From Candidatus Latescibacterota bacterium (GTDB lineage Bacteria > Latescibacterota > UBA2968), in NCBI GenBank assembly GCA_965204745.1, contig OZ242010.1:5056001-5120000 (forward strand): a DNA stretch of 64,000 nucleotides. Direction: 5' to 3'. Under the pieces are notes generated by a model. The model was not told where the DNA came from. It ran no database searches and saw only the letters and a list, made by a program, of their open reading frames with translations. Position 1 is the first letter of the stretch. Each line of letters begins with the position of its first letter. The position numbers and the translations under genes are program-made. Of this stretch, positions 49,517 to 60,485 are shown piece by piece.

Positions 49517-50926
49517 TTAATGGAACACCACCATCTTTGTCTCTGTCATTTCCTCCACCGCGTATTTCGGGCCTTCCTTGCCCATGCCGCTCTCCTTCAG
49601 CCCGCCGTAGGGCATCAGATCGGCGCGCCACTGCGTGCCCCAGTTGACGTGGATATTGCCCGACTCCACCTGTCGCGCAAACTGCATGGCCCAGTGGATA
49701 TTCTCGGTGAACAACGCCGCGCTCAAACCGTAATTCGTATCATTGGCCATGGTAATCGCAGCGTCAATATCGTCAAACCGCGTGATCCCCACCGCAGGGC
49801 CAAACAATTCATCGCACGAAATTTTCATATCCGGATCCACATCGGCCAGGATGGTCGCCTGATGAATCGCCCCATCGCGCTCTCCTCCGGTCACGAGACG
49901 CGCGCCAGAACGCACCGCATCTCGAATCCAATCCTGCACGCGCTCCGCATCGCGCTCTCGCACCATCGGCCCCATCGTCACGCCATCGGCAATGGGATTG
50001 CCCGTGGTCAATGCCTCGACCTTGGGCCGCAACGCGTCGATAAAATCGCCATACACCGCATCGTTGACCATCACCCGCTGTGCCGAAATACACACCTGCC
50101 CGGCATTGGCAAAACCCGTCGTTGCGGTCGCGGCGGCCACCTGATCCAAATCCGCGTCTGGCATCACGATCAAAGGCGCGTTAGAACCCAACTCCATCGT
50201 CACCTTCTTCAAACCCGCCATGTGGCAAATCTGCTCGCCCACGTCCCGGCTACCCGTAAAACTGATCTTTCGCACGCGCCCATCGGCACACAGGGCTTCG
50301 CCCAATGAACTCCCCGGCCCGGTAATGCACTGCACCGCCTCTGCGGGCACGCCGGCCTCCACCAAGATCTCGATCAGTTTCAGCGCGGAAAGCGGCGTAT
50401 CCGTTGCGGGCTTCACGATCACCGAATTGCCCGCAGCCAGGGCCGGCCCCACTTTGTGACACACCAAATTGAGCGGAAAATTAAACGGCGTAATCGCCAA
50501 CACCACCCCGCATGGCACGCGCAACGTAAAGCCAAACTGATCGCGCACCCCCGACCCGCCATCCAGCGGAATGGTCTCGCCGTACAACCGCTTGGCCTCT
50601 TCGGCAGACAGGGTCATGGTCTCAATCGCACGCGTGGCCTCGCCAATGCCTTCGGACAGCACCTTGCCTTCTTCCAGCGTAATTGTGCGCCCCAAATCCT
50701 CGACCCGTTCGCCCATCAGATCCACGGCGCGATGCAAAATCTCATACCGCTCATACGCCGTCAAATTCGCCATCGCTTTGGCCCCGCGCACCGCAGACGC
50801 AATCGCGGCATCCGCATCTGCGGCATCGCTCATCGGCACGGTATCCACCACCGAATTGTCAAACGGATTGATCACATCGATCTTTTCCGCCTTGTCCACC
50901 CAGCGCCCCCCGAGATACATCTTCAC
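49517..50926 (-). CDS. NAD(P)-dependent aldehyde dehydrogenase
   Basis: ITPFNFP, KPA, FTGS, ELGSN, NAGQVCIS, ELFGP, PYGG.K.SG.GKEG; GTG 50926 with AAGGAGG RBS. Confidence 0.95.
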   Translation of the reverse strand: MKMYLGGRWVDKAEKIDVINPFDNSVVDTVPMSDAADADAAIASAVRGAKAMANLTAYERYEILHRAVDLMGERVEDLGRTITLEEGKVLSEGIGEATRAIETMTLSAEEAKRLYGETIPLDGGSGVRDQFGFTLRVPCGVVLAITPFNFPLNLVCHKVGPALAAGNSVIVKPATDTPLSALKLIEILVEAGVPAEAVQCITGPGSSLGEALCADGRVRKISFTGSRDVGEQICHMAGLKKVTMELGSNAPLIVMPDADLDQVAAATATTGFANAGQVCISAQRVMVNDAVYGDFIDALRPKVEALTTGNPIADGVTMGPMVRERDAERVQDWIRDAVRSGARLVTGGERDGAIHQATILADVDPDMKISCDELFGPAVGITRFDDIDAAITMANDTNYGLSAALFTENIHWAMQFARQVESGNIHVNWGTQWRADLMPYGGLKESGMGKEGPKYAVEEMTETKMVVFH

Positions 50927-51045
50927 GGCAAACCTCCTTGAATCAGTTAAAAACGACATTCGCATTCATCATGCACAGCACCGCGTCACAAGTCAACAAA
51001 ATTCATCTCTCGGAAAAACGCCAGCCACGAGATGCAAGGTGAGAG

Positions 51046-51115
51046 GTGAGAGGCAAGACGGGAGAAGACCTACACTCACTGCTCGCCTTTGAACGGGCTA
51101 TCGCTAGTTGTACCC
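51046..51115 (+). repeat. Repeat family D copy
   Basis: Matches the first ~65 bp of 34375-34456. Confidence 0.8.
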
Positions 51116-51235
51116 CTTTTGTGCCTTTTGTGTTTTTGTGGCAAATCGCTTTTGCATTTCTTCGGCAGGCACGGGGGCCTATCCCTACGGGTCTTGTTTT
51201 TGCCTTTTTTTGTGGCGCATCGCTTTTATCCGCAT

Positions 51236-52444
51236 TTATCTGTGGCTACTCCTCGCTTCTGATCGCAACCGCTTGGCCTCTGTGCGGATTTTGTCCATCT
51301 CCATCTTCATCCGCACGATGCCCTCCCAATGCGTGTAATCCGGCGAATGGTGGTACGCCGCCTTGAACGTGGTCGCGTGGTAAAACTTGAACAACCTGAA
51401 AAATGCCTGCTCGATCTCGGACGTGTTTTCGTACAACTGCTGCCCACCTAATTCAAATGCGTGTCCGACCACCGGATTGGGCGGCCTGTCTTCGGGCATG
51501 GGATCCAGGGCTTCCTCGTCGTACAAAGCCTTGATCAGCGCGTAGGACTCTGCGACCAGCGCATCGGCCTCGCGCTTGATCGCGTCTGCACGCTCGAGGC
51601 TTTCGCGTGCAAACCGATTGGAATGACACGGCGCGCACACCTTGAGCATGGCCTTGCGATTCGCTTCAAACTCCTTTTTCGTCAGTCGCTTCATCGCCAA
51701 GTGCGGCAAAAAATCCTCCTCGAGCACCGCGCCTGTGAACACCGCGCCCAGCCCGATATTCGCCACATGCCCGTGCTCCCCATCGGGCATGTGACACGTC
51801 ACGCAACTCGGCGACTTCTCGGCGTCCCGGTCCATATAGTACAAAACCCCGTGAACGCTGGTTTGATACGCTTCCATCACCGGATGATCCGGCCCCCCGT
51901 GACACACCTCGCACGCCTCGGGCTCGCGTGCCAGGGCCGAACTGAATTGGTGGCTCGGATGACACGCATTGCATCCGCCCACGCTGCCATCGGCAAAGCG
52001 CGCGCCAATGCTGTGACACCCCATGCACCCCTCTTCTTGCATGGCCCGCGACTGCGCCAAAAACCGCGCATCCGACAGGGCGGCCAATTCCGCATCGGCA
52101 TGCCCGCTCTCGGCAAATGCCGCCACCTCTTTCTCGTGGCATTTCCCACACGCGCCAGCAGACACCTGCCCGCGCACCGCAAAAACCGCCTCGTGATTCT
52201 CCCCGTGGCAATCCGCACATCCCACATGCGCCCGAAAATGGGCGCTCTCGCGCCACTGCTTGTCCATGCCCGGATCGATGGTTCGGTGGCAACCCTCGCA
52301 GGATTGATCGCTCCGGATCCGCCACAAAAACCCCGGGTGCGAGACGAGACGAGTCGCGGTTTCGGGTCGCGCCACAAAAAACGCGCCCCACGCGCCCACT
52401 ATCGCCAGCGCGGCAATGCCGATTAGTTTCATCCATCGCTTCAC
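51236..52444 (-). CDS. Octaheme cytochrome c, hydroxylamine oxidoreductase (HAO)-like
   Basis: 8 CxxCH motifs; CH..HQFS...AR.PE.C..CH.GPDHP..E.Y..S.HG; AYHHSPDYTHWEG; N-terminal anchor; GTG start overlapping the upstream stop. Confidence 0.85.
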   Translation of the reverse strand: MKRWMKLIGIAALAIVGAWGAFFVARPETATRLVSHPGFLWRIRSDQSCEGCHRTIDPGMDKQWRESAHFRAHVGCADCHGENHEAVFAVRGQVSAGACGKCHEKEVAAFAESGHADAELAALSDARFLAQSRAMQEEGCMGCHSIGARFADGSVGGCNACHPSHQFSSALAREPEACEVCHGGPDHPVMEAYQTSVHGVLYYMDRDAEKSPSCVTCHMPDGEHGHVANIGLGAVFTGAVLEEDFLPHLAMKRLTKKEFEANRKAMLKVCAPCHSNRFARESLERADAIKREADALVAESYALIKALYDEEALDPMPEDRPPNPVVGHAFELGGQQLYENTSEIEQAFFRLFKFYHATTFKAAYHHSPDYTHWEGIVRMKMEMDKIRTEAKRLRSEARSSHR

Positions 52445-55215
52445 AATTCGCGTCCTTCCAATTCGCGCAACCATGCGCGTGCCTGTACATTATTCGGCTC
52501 GCGCGCAACCACGCGCTGCAAAACCGCCACCGCGCTGTCTCGTTGCCCGCCGAGCATATACGCCTGTCCCATAAACAACTCCAACCCCCGCGCTTTCGGG
52601 TTCAGCCCCCACGCCTGTCGATACACGGCCAAAGCCCCTGCGATATCCCCGCGCTCTTGCAACACCGTGCCCAACCCGGTCAGCGCGGGCACGTAAAAGG
52701 GATCCGCGATCAGCGCGTCCAACAGATCGCGTTCTGCCCCCGCCAAATCCCCGAGATCAGCGCGAATTAAGCCCTGCATCGCATGCACATCTGCGCGGCC
52801 CGCATCGCTCTGTTCCGCAATTTCAAAATGGGGCAGCGCGTCTGCCAGCGCGCCCTGCGTATAAACCGCGTGCCCGACCGCAACCGCCGAATCCGCCCTT
52901 GTGCTCATCGCTTCTCGCGCCCGCTTGCCCAACCCGAAAAATGCGGTCCCCGCATCTTCCTTTTCCAATGCCCTGCGATATGCCGCACGCGCCAGCGCCC
53001 AATCTCCGGCCAAGACATGCGTCGCGCCTTTCTCGACCCAATCGCCTATCGGCATCTCCTCGAACTCGTAATCGTCTCGCACCGCATTATCGCCCGCTGA
53101 AAACGCCAACAGCGCGAGTTGCCGAATCGCCGGCTTAAACTCAGGCGCGACCGCGAGTGCCCTGCGATATGCCGCTCTCGCACCTACGCGATCCCCGCTT
53201 CCCCATAGCGCGTCACCCATCGCGGTTTGCAACACGGCGGATTGTCCTGATGTTTTCCCAAACGCCGCCGCGGCATCGGCAGATCGCCCATGTCGCAACA
53301 ACAACGCGCCCAACCGCGCCCGCGATGTCGCATCGCGCTTCCCCTCGAGCGACGCCCGCAGCTGCACAAATCGCGCTCGTTTTCGCGCCAACCGCGCCAA
53401 ATCCGTTGCGGTTTCCGGATGGTGCGGGTCGAGTCTTGCGACGATTTCAAACTCGCGGAGCGCAGCATCAAACCGGCCTTGTGCTTCATAGACCTGCCCC
53501 AAACTCTCGTGAAATCCCGGATCGTCCGCCTGCACCCCAGCCACCACTTGGCGATGCTCCTCCAGCGCGTTGCGAAACGCGTTGCCCAGCGCAGAATCAT
53601 CCGGCAAATACCCGACATCCATCAGCGCGAACGGGGCTTGCACGCGCACGATCCGCGCCGAATCGGACAACGCATCCAACAGCGCGGGCACCCCGCGCAC
53701 GTCGCCCAACCGCCCCAGTGAAATCGCGGCCTTCATCCGCACCATCGCTCGCGGATCCTCTACCGCCTCTACGAGCGGCGCCACGGCACGCGCATCGCCC
53801 AACTTGCCCAGCAAAGCCGCGGCCGTCGCGCGCCACACCGCGCTCTCGGTCATGTCATTCGCCAGCTTCATCAAAGGCGCGACCACTGTGGCATCGCCTT
53901 TTCGCCCCCGGGCTATCGCGGTCGTACGCGCCACGACCTCGCGCTGATAATCGCCATACCATCGCGTTGCCCATTGCGAAGCCCATTGCGCGGATTTGTC
54001 CGCGTGACACCCGCTTTGATTGCACGCATTGGGCACGCCGTTGACCCGCGTATTTTCCGGCATGGGGGAGGCGATGCGGTGATCCGTCAAATTTTCGCCC
54101 GTCACGTAGTGATACGGCATGTGGCACTGCACGCATCGATTGCCCACGCTCCCGGCCCGGTGATGCCCGTGCGCCACCGGATTCGCCGCGATATCCTCAT
54201 GGCACGATTCGCACAACCCGACGCCGTGCCGATCCGCGACCAAATCCACGGCCCGCGCATTGCCGTGCGCGTCATGGCAATGTGTGCATGTCAACTCGCC
54301 TTGCACGTAACACGCGCTCATCAAATGCAGCGCCGCCGGATACAAATACACCCGAGGCTGTCCATCCGCGTAAAAAATCGCCTCGTCATCCGGCAACACC
54401 AAAGCGTAATGATCGTAGAAATTCGCCCCCGGCAAATAGCCCGTCGCTACGATCTCCTTCGCCGCGTGGCACTGCGCGCACACCTCGACCGCCCGCGCCT
54501 TGTCCAGCACCCGCAACGCCAGCACATGCAGCGGCGCGTCCGCTTGCCCGCGCGTCTCATCGTGTTTGCCCGACGGCCCGTGGCACGCCTCGCAGTCGAT
54601 GCTCAGGCTGCCCACAGTCGTGCGATAGGTGTGCGTTGCCACGTCGTAGTGCTTTTGTACCCGGCTGGCATGACAATCAAAACAGTGAAAATTCCAGGTG
54701 CGTCCCGAATTTGTCCAGTAGTAATAATCCCCTTTTGCCAAAGGCCGCGATTGCGCCACCACCCCGCCTTCTTGGGCATCCACCCAACCCGTTGTCGCGC
54801 CGTCGTGATACAGGGGCAACACCTGCCATCGCCCATTGGGAAACGCCGTCAAATACGCCTGGTGTTGCCGCTTGCCAATCGCGTACTCCACGCGGTACGC
54901 CCCGACCTTCCCATCCGCGCCCTCGGTCTCCATGTAATACGCATCGCCCTTGCGAAACATCCGCGACCGCACGCCGCCATACACATGAGACGCATCGTCA
55001 AAATCGCCCACCACCGTGGAATCACTCGGCACGCTCATCGCCACGCTGTGCAAACTCTGCCGCCATTCCGCGTACTTGTCCGTATGACACGCCGCACAGC
55101 GTTCCACCCCGGTAAACCCCGGCTCTGACGCGCGCACCAACTCCGGCACCTCGCGCTCCTCACCACACGCCACAAACGCCAGAACGACGCATAAAATGTA
55201 AAATTTTTTGTCCAT
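52441..55215 (-). CDS. Multiheme cytochrome c (c554-like) lipoprotein with HEAT and TPR repeats
   Basis: Lipobox FVAC; 7 CxxCH plus CNQSGCH; VR..AA..LG HEAT units; C-terminal TPRs. Confidence 0.85.
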   Translation of the reverse strand: MDKKFYILCVVLAFVACGEEREVPELVRASEPGFTGVERCAACHTDKYAEWRQSLHSVAMSVPSDSTVVGDFDDASHVYGGVRSRMFRKGDAYYMETEGADGKVGAYRVEYAIGKRQHQAYLTAFPNGRWQVLPLYHDGATTGWVDAQEGGVVAQSRPLAKGDYYYWTNSGRTWNFHCFDCHASRVQKHYDVATHTYRTTVGSLSIDCEACHGPSGKHDETRGQADAPLHVLALRVLDKARAVEVCAQCHAAKEIVATGYLPGANFYDHYALVLPDDEAIFYADGQPRVYLYPAALHLMSACYVQGELTCTHCHDAHGNARAVDLVADRHGVGLCESCHEDIAANPVAHGHHRAGSVGNRCVQCHMPYHYVTGENLTDHRIASPMPENTRVNGVPNACNQSGCHADKSAQWASQWATRWYGDYQREVVARTTAIARGRKGDATVVAPLMKLANDMTESAVWRATAAALLGKLGDARAVAPLVEAVEDPRAMVRMKAAISLGRLGDVRGVPALLDALSDSARIVRVQAPFALMDVGYLPDDSALGNAFRNALEEHRQVVAGVQADDPGFHESLGQVYEAQGRFDAALREFEIVARLDPHHPETATDLARLARKRARFVQLRASLEGKRDATSRARLGALLLRHGRSADAAAAFGKTSGQSAVLQTAMGDALWGSGDRVGARAAYRRALAVAPEFKPAIRQLALLAFSAGDNAVRDDYEFEEMPIGDWVEKGATHVLAGDWALARAAYRRALEKEDAGTAFFGLGKRAREAMSTRADSAVAVGHAVYTQGALADALPHFEIAEQSDAGRADVHAMQGLIRADLGDLAGAERDLLDALIADPFYVPALTGLGTVLQERGDIAGALAVYRQAWGLNPKARGLELFMGQAYMLGGQRDSAVAVLQRVVAREPNNVQARAWLRELEGREL

Positions 55216-55488
55216 AGTTCGGTGGGCTTTCAACCATCCGCGCAAGAGGACAGGCACAGGGGCCTGTCCCTACGGGCGGTTTAAGGTGAAGAAGAACAGA
55301 TACCTCAAGAAAGGACAAAAACGCGCTGGATTCAACACTTAATTCGCATCGTCAATTACGAATCCCGATGAGAGGCAGGACGGACAACTCAAAATCAAAT
55401 TGATATTATCTTGCGTTTAGAATCCGACTTGTGCATATATACACAGCATTGAGAATAAATCCATCGCTTTTGCGTTTAGGAGTGATCG

Positions 55489-56193
55489 ATGATGCAGGTG
55501 TTTCGGGCATTTTGGCTTCATCTGTTGCTGGCGGTTGTCGCGCTGGCGCTGTGGGATACGCCGGTGGTCAAGCCGTTTCGCGTGTTTGTGGTATGGGTTC
55601 ACGAAATGGGGCACGCGAGTATGGCCCTTGCGACCGGCGGCGAGGTGGAAGAATTGCGCGTGCGGTGGAACGAGTCCGGGCATGTGATCAGCCGCGGGGG
55701 CATTTTTCCCCTGATCAGTTCGGCGGGCTATGTGGGGTCCGCCATTTTGGGCGCGTTGATGATTTACGCGGGGCAATGGCTGACCGCGCAACGGCTGTTG
55801 CTCGGCCTGGTCGGCGCGGGTCAAATTGCCATGGCGGTTTTGTACACGCCGTTTGGGGGATCGGATTTCTTTTTTGGCATCGGCTGCGGCCTCGTCTTAA
55901 TCGCCATCACGGCGCGTTTTGGGCGTTTTGCCCAGGTGTTGGCAACGTGGATCGGGGTGATGTTGTGTTTGTACAGCTTGTACGATTTTCGCACGGATTT
56001 GTGGATGCACGCGGACCGCACGGACGCGGGTATTTTGGCCAGGTATTTCGGCATTGCGATGCTGGCATATCCCATCGCATTTGTTTGGGCAACCCTTTCA
56101 ATTGGCGCGATGTTTTGGGCGATGCGGGGGTTGATCGCCGCGCAACAACCTTCGGAACCCACTCAAAGCGCGGAACCCATTTTTAAGCAATGA
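55489..56193 (+). CDS. M50B-like membrane metallopeptidase
   Basis: VHEMGH (HExxH), SSAGY, TDA..LA, multiple TM segments. Confidence 0.85.
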   Translation: MMQVFRAFWLHLLLAVVALALWDTPVVKPFRVFVVWVHEMGHASMALATGGEVEELRVRWNESGHVISRGGIFPLISSAGYVGSAILGALMIYAGQWLTAQRLLLGLVGAGQIAMAVLYTPFGGSDFFFGIGCGLVLIAITARFGRFAQVLATWIGVMLCLYSLYDFRTDLWMHADRTDAGILARYFGIAMLAYPIAFVWATLSIGAMFWAMRGLIAAQQPSEPTQSAEPIFKQ

Positions 56194-56208
56194 ACACAGG
56201 AGGTAGCC

Positions 56209-56934
56209 ATGGGCGATCAGGTTTTGTTGGCAAAGTTGACGAGACGAGAGTTTCGGGAGGCATTGGCGCGTGGGGAATTTCAAACCGCGATTGTTCCAGT
56301 GGGGAGCAACGAGCAACATTTGGAGCATCTGGCAATGGAGCACGATATCGCTTCGGCAACCCATGTCGCGGTGGCTGCGGCCGAGCGATTGTATCCCCAA
56401 GTGATCGTGAGCGTGCCGATGGCGGTGGGCATTTCCGAACACCACATGGTCCACAAAGGCACGGTGACCGCCAAACCGGGGTCGTGGCTGGCCGTGTTGT
56501 TCGACGCTGTGGAGAGTCTGGTGCGGCACGGGGTGAAGAATGTCATTGTGCTGAACGGTCACGGCGGCAATGCCGCGCCCTTGAAGGGCATTTTTGGGCA
56601 ATGGCGGTTGTTTTTTCAGCTCGACCGTCCAGACGTGAATTTGCAATGGGCTTCTTATTGGGATCTGATGTCCAAAGATGTCGCGGATCGAAATTTGAAA
56701 ACCAAACGCTATCCGGGGCACGCGCAGGAGTTTGAAACCGCGTTCGCCCTCGCCCTGTGGCCCGAAAATGTGCGGCGCGATGCCATGCGCGATCAAGCGG
56801 ACAAAGAGCCGTTGGAAGCCACCGCAGAAGCGGGCGCGGCACTGGTGGAAGATGCAGTCGCGCAAGTGACCGCATTTACACAGGCGTTTATCAATGGCGA
56901 GCACCGCGGCGAAAATGTCGCGCATCATCCCTAA
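56209..56934 (+). CDS. Creatininase / creatinine amidohydrolase family protein
   Basis: PVGS.EQH, G.SEHH...GT, NGHGGN, GHA.EFET. Confidence 0.9.
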   Translation: MGDQVLLAKLTRREFREALARGEFQTAIVPVGSNEQHLEHLAMEHDIASATHVAVAAAERLYPQVIVSVPMAVGISEHHMVHKGTVTAKPGSWLAVLFDAVESLVRHGVKNVIVLNGHGGNAAPLKGIFGQWRLFFQLDRPDVNLQWASYWDLMSKDVADRNLKTKRYPGHAQEFETAFALALWPENVRRDAMRDQADKEPLEATAEAGAALVEDAVAQVTAFTQAFINGEHRGENVAHHP

Positions 56935-56956
56935 GCGCGGTCGGCGGTCAGCCGAT

Positions 56957-57345
56957 GCTTTCGGGCCAAACGCTTCAGATGAGCAGGATGCGGACAACGA
57001 GCGAAGCCCTTGACGTTCCGCAGTCATTCAGCGAAGCCAGGCACCCATGCCATCGCAAAAGCCCATCCGCTAAAGCCATCATGCACAGCGCGCAAGGCCG
57101 TCTCGCAACCCACATCCATTATGCAACTAACTTTGCAGGCTAGCGCGTATCGTTCTGTTACAAAAGCGATTTGCGCTGTGCAAGCCTCTCGGCGTTTGAG
57201 AGCGGCATTTTTGAACTGCTGGGGCAGTTGTACCCCGCTCGCCTGCTTTTTTTTGCTGTTGAAAAAAAGTAGGTCGCCGAAGGCATCGGAGGCAACCAAC
57301 GAGGCTTTAGGACCAAACGCTTGCGATGAGCAGGATGCGGACAAC
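56957..57345 (+). repeat. Family B repeat with an imperfect ~42-bp terminal direct repeat
   Basis: CCAAACGCTT..GATGAGCAGGATGCGGACAAC near 56966 and 57313. Confidence 0.75.
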
Positions 57346-57370
57346 ATAAAATCATAATATTGGAGCGGCG

Positions 57371-58552
57371 ATGCAGTCGTCTCGGGCTGTGGTGTTTGTC
57401 GCATTGGCGACGGCGTTTTCCCTGTTGGGCGACCAGATGTTGTACGCGGTGTTGCCCGTGCATTACGCCGCGTTCGGGCTGATGCCCTATCAGGTCGGCC
57501 TCATTTTGTCCGTGAACCGATGGGTGCGCTTGGTTGCGAATACGCTGGCTGAAAAGTTGTGTCGGCGTTATCCGGTGACGGGTTTGCTGATCGCGGCATT
57601 GGTTCTCGGCAACGCGTTGACGGCTGCGTACGGCGTTGTCACCTCGTTTCCCGTCTTGCTCATCGCGCGTATGCTGTGGGGCTTGGCGTGGTCGTTCATC
57701 CGCCAAATCGGTTTGATGACCGTGGTGGAGACGTCGCGCCCGGGCGCAATCGGTCAGCGGATGGGGTACTACAATGGGATCTCGCGCTTGGGGTCCGTAG
57801 GCGGCAATTTTGGGGGCGGGTTGGCCCACGACGTCATTGGGTTCGCAGTCGCGCTCTTTTTGTTTGCGATCATCTCGTTGCTGGGAACGCCTTTGGGTTG
57901 GCTGGCGCGGCGCGCTGTTTCGTGGGAAGGCAACGCGAGGGAAAAGCCCGAGGACGCGGGCTGGGTGCCCGAGTTGATGATTTGCGGCTTTGTGATCGGA
58001 TGCGTTGGCCCGGGGATCGTGATGTCGACCTTGGGCGCGGTTCTCGTGGAAATCATGGGCACATCCCTAAGCGTGTTGGGCGTGGTCATTGGCGCGGCCA
58101 CGTTGAACGGCGCGTTGCTGTCTTCGCGGTGGGTTATCGACGCGGTCAGCGCGCCTTTTCTCGGGCAGATCAGCGACCGCTTGGGGCGGCGGTGGAGCGC
58201 GGTTATTTATTTTGGCGTGGGCGTGTTGGCACTGCTCGCTGCGTCTATCGCGTCTCAGGCGGGGGTGTGGCTGGCGTGCGTGGTGGTGTTCTTTTGCTGC
58301 GGGGTCGGCGCGACCGTGGTGACGACCGCCGAGTCCGGGTTGCGCGGGTCGCGTTCTGTTGCGGGCTATGTGACGGCGTTCGATCTCGGCTCGGCAACAG
58401 GGCCTATGCTCGGGTGGATGACGCAACAACTGGCTTTGTCGTCGGACTGGATTTTCCTGATCGGCAGCGGGATGTACGCACTCGGCGGCGCGGTGGTTTT
58501 GTGCAGCAGTCGCCTATTTGGCAAGCCCCCACAACCGCTTGCGCGCGTCTGA
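57371..58552 (+). CDS. MFS transporter
   Basis: About 12 TM segments; G.ISDRLGRR; DLGSA.GP. Confidence 0.88.
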   Translation: MQSSRAVVFVALATAFSLLGDQMLYAVLPVHYAAFGLMPYQVGLILSVNRWVRLVANTLAEKLCRRYPVTGLLIAALVLGNALTAAYGVVTSFPVLLIARMLWGLAWSFIRQIGLMTVVETSRPGAIGQRMGYYNGISRLGSVGGNFGGGLAHDVIGFAVALFLFAIISLLGTPLGWLARRAVSWEGNAREKPEDAGWVPELMICGFVIGCVGPGIVMSTLGAVLVEIMGTSLSVLGVVIGAATLNGALLSSRWVIDAVSAPFLGQISDRLGRRWSAVIYFGVGVLALLAASIASQAGVWLACVVVFFCCGVGATVVTTAESGLRGSRSVAGYVTAFDLGSATGPMLGWMTQQLALSSDWIFLIGSGMYALGGAVVLCSSRLFGKPPQPLARV

Positions 58553-59278
58553 CCAGTCCTCCCAGTTTTCGATTACGTGCTTCAGGGCGGCTACGTCTCG
58601 CTTGCGACCGCCGGGGGGAAAGTAATTCCACGCCATGGCGCGGCGCGGGCCGGCCGCGGTTTTCACGCCTGTGGCGTGCCAGCAACTCGGCGTCCAGACC
58701 AGAGACCAACGCGGGTCGAGGATCACTTCCACTTCTCGGGGGTGTTTGGCGAACGAGTACTCGGGCATCTCGTCATACTGCCCGGTGGCAATTTCGATTT
58801 GTCGCAATTCTTCCTCGACTTCCTCGCGGGGCCTCGCATGGGTGCCGGGCAAGACGCGCAACGGGGCGTTGGACCGCGCGTGCCTGTCCAATGCGGTGCG
58901 GACCGAGACTTGCTCGACCTCTGGCCCGCCATCGGCATGCCAGTGGACTTGCTGTTGCAACCGCCCATCTGCGGACACGATTTTAGACGCATCGCCCAAC
59001 CCGCACGCGCCCACGTGCACCTCGTCGCAACCCAAAATGCGTTGCGCCAACTTCACGAGATCTGGGTGCTCCACCGCTTGCAAGAGCGGTTCGCCAACCA
59101 TAAAAAACTGAAACGCGCCGGGATTAAAACCCGCGGCCCTATCGGCCTTTTGCCAAGTGGGTTCAACGGCTCGCTGGCGGCGGTCAATCTCGCGCATCGC
59201 CTCATCGGTCAGTGGATTGCGGAGAAAGAAGAATCCCCGGCGATGAAAGTGTGCGATCTGTCGATCTGTGACATCCAT
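58514..59278 (-). CDS. Phytanoyl-CoA dioxygenase (PhyH) family Fe/2OG dioxygenase
   Basis: F...GF, WHAD (HxD), N.PLRVLPGTH, WHA, RRA. Confidence 0.85.
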   Translation of the reverse strand: MDVTDRQIAHFHRRGFFFLRNPLTDEAMREIDRRQRAVEPTWQKADRAAGFNPGAFQFFMVGEPLLQAVEHPDLVKLAQRILGCDEVHVGACGLGDASKIVSADGRLQQQVHWHADGGPEVEQVSVRTALDRHARSNAPLRVLPGTHARPREEVEEELRQIEIATGQYDEMPEYSFAKHPREVEVILDPRWSLVWTPSCWHATGVKTAAGPRRAMAWNYFPPGGRKRDVAALKHVIENWEDWSDARKRLWGLAK

Positions 59279-59279
59279 T

Positions 59280-60281
59280 TTAATCCGCGACCTTTACCAA
59301 GCGTTTTCCGATGTTGCCGCCCCGCAGCATGTCGATAAATGCCTCGGGCGCGCGCTCCAACCCCTCCCAGATGTCTTCCCGGTACTCGATCCGCCCTTCA
59401 TTGACCCAAACGGCGAGTTGCTTGAGCCCCTCGGCGTGCTGGTCTGCAAAGTCGGAAACCAAAAACCCGCGCATGGTCAATCGCTTGGCGATAAAGTGCC
59501 ACATAAACCGCGGGCCTCGTTCGACCTCGGTCAGGTTGTACTGCGAGATTTGCCCGCAAACCGCAATGCGCCCATGCACATTCATCAGGGGAAAGACCGC
59601 GTCGGAGACCGCGCCGCCGACATTGTCGAAGTACACATCGATCCCATCCGGGCACAGGCGTTGCAATTTCGCGCTGTAATCCGCCACTTCTTTGTAGTTG
59701 AACGCCGCATCAAAGCCCAACGCGTCGACCACATGGGCGATTTTTTCGGCCGAGCCGGCCACGCCCACCACGCGACAGCCCTTGATCTTGGCGATTTGCC
59801 CCACGATGGACCCCACGGCACCCGCCGCGCCGGTTACCAACACGGTCTCGCCGTCGCGGGGTTGTCCAACGAGCAACAGGCCGCAATACGCGGTCAGGCC
59901 CGGCATGCCCAAGACGCCCAAGGCCGTTGACACGGGCGCGAGGTCTGGATCGACTTTGCGGACATTCGCGCCCTTGGCCACGCCATAAGCCTGCCACCCG
60001 ATTTGCGCGTGGACCCTATCGCCTTCCTCGAAATTCGGATCGTTTGACGCGACCACCTCGCCCACCGTGCTGCCCACCATCACTTCGCCGAGTTGCACAT
60101 TTGCCGCGTACGAGGCGCGGTCATTCATGCGCCCGCGCATATAGGGATCGACCGACATGAACAGGGTTCTCGACAGGACTTCGCCCTCGCCCGGCTGTGG
60201 GATCGGGGTTTCGATGAGCTCGAAATCATCCGGCACGGGAAATCCCTTGGGACGCGAGGCCAGCGTGATTTGGCGATTCAT
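59280..60281 (-). CDS. NADP-dependent oxidoreductase (prostaglandin reductase / CurA-like MDR)
   Basis: LASRP.G.P, SVDPYMRGRM, LGMPG.TAY, GAAGAVG, DVYFDNVGG, G.NIGK. Confidence 0.93.
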   Translation of the reverse strand: MNRQITLASRPKGFPVPDDFELIETPIPQPGEGEVLSRTLFMSVDPYMRGRMNDRASYAANVQLGEVMVGSTVGEVVASNDPNFEEGDRVHAQIGWQAYGVAKGANVRKVDPDLAPVSTALGVLGMPGLTAYCGLLLVGQPRDGETVLVTGAAGAVGSIVGQIAKIKGCRVVGVAGSAEKIAHVVDALGFDAAFNYKEVADYSAKLQRLCPDGIDVYFDNVGGAVSDAVFPLMNVHGRIAVCGQISQYNLTEVERGPRFMWHFIAKRLTMRGFLVSDFADQHAEGLKQLAVWVNEGRIEYREDIWEGLERAPEAFIDMLRGGNIGKRLVKVAD

Positions 60282-60485
60282 TTTTCCTCCTTTGTGGTTG
60301 TTGTGCGTTATCCGCTGTATATTACCATTCATCGCCCCAAAGCACAACCAAACAATTTCATGTGGACAAACGCCACCGACTCGTATAGATTGTTGCCGCC
60401 TCATCCGCGAGATGGGAACTTTCTTTTATGACAAAAATCTAAACCATATCTCCACGACCAACCCCGTTCATTAAGCGAGTATCCC

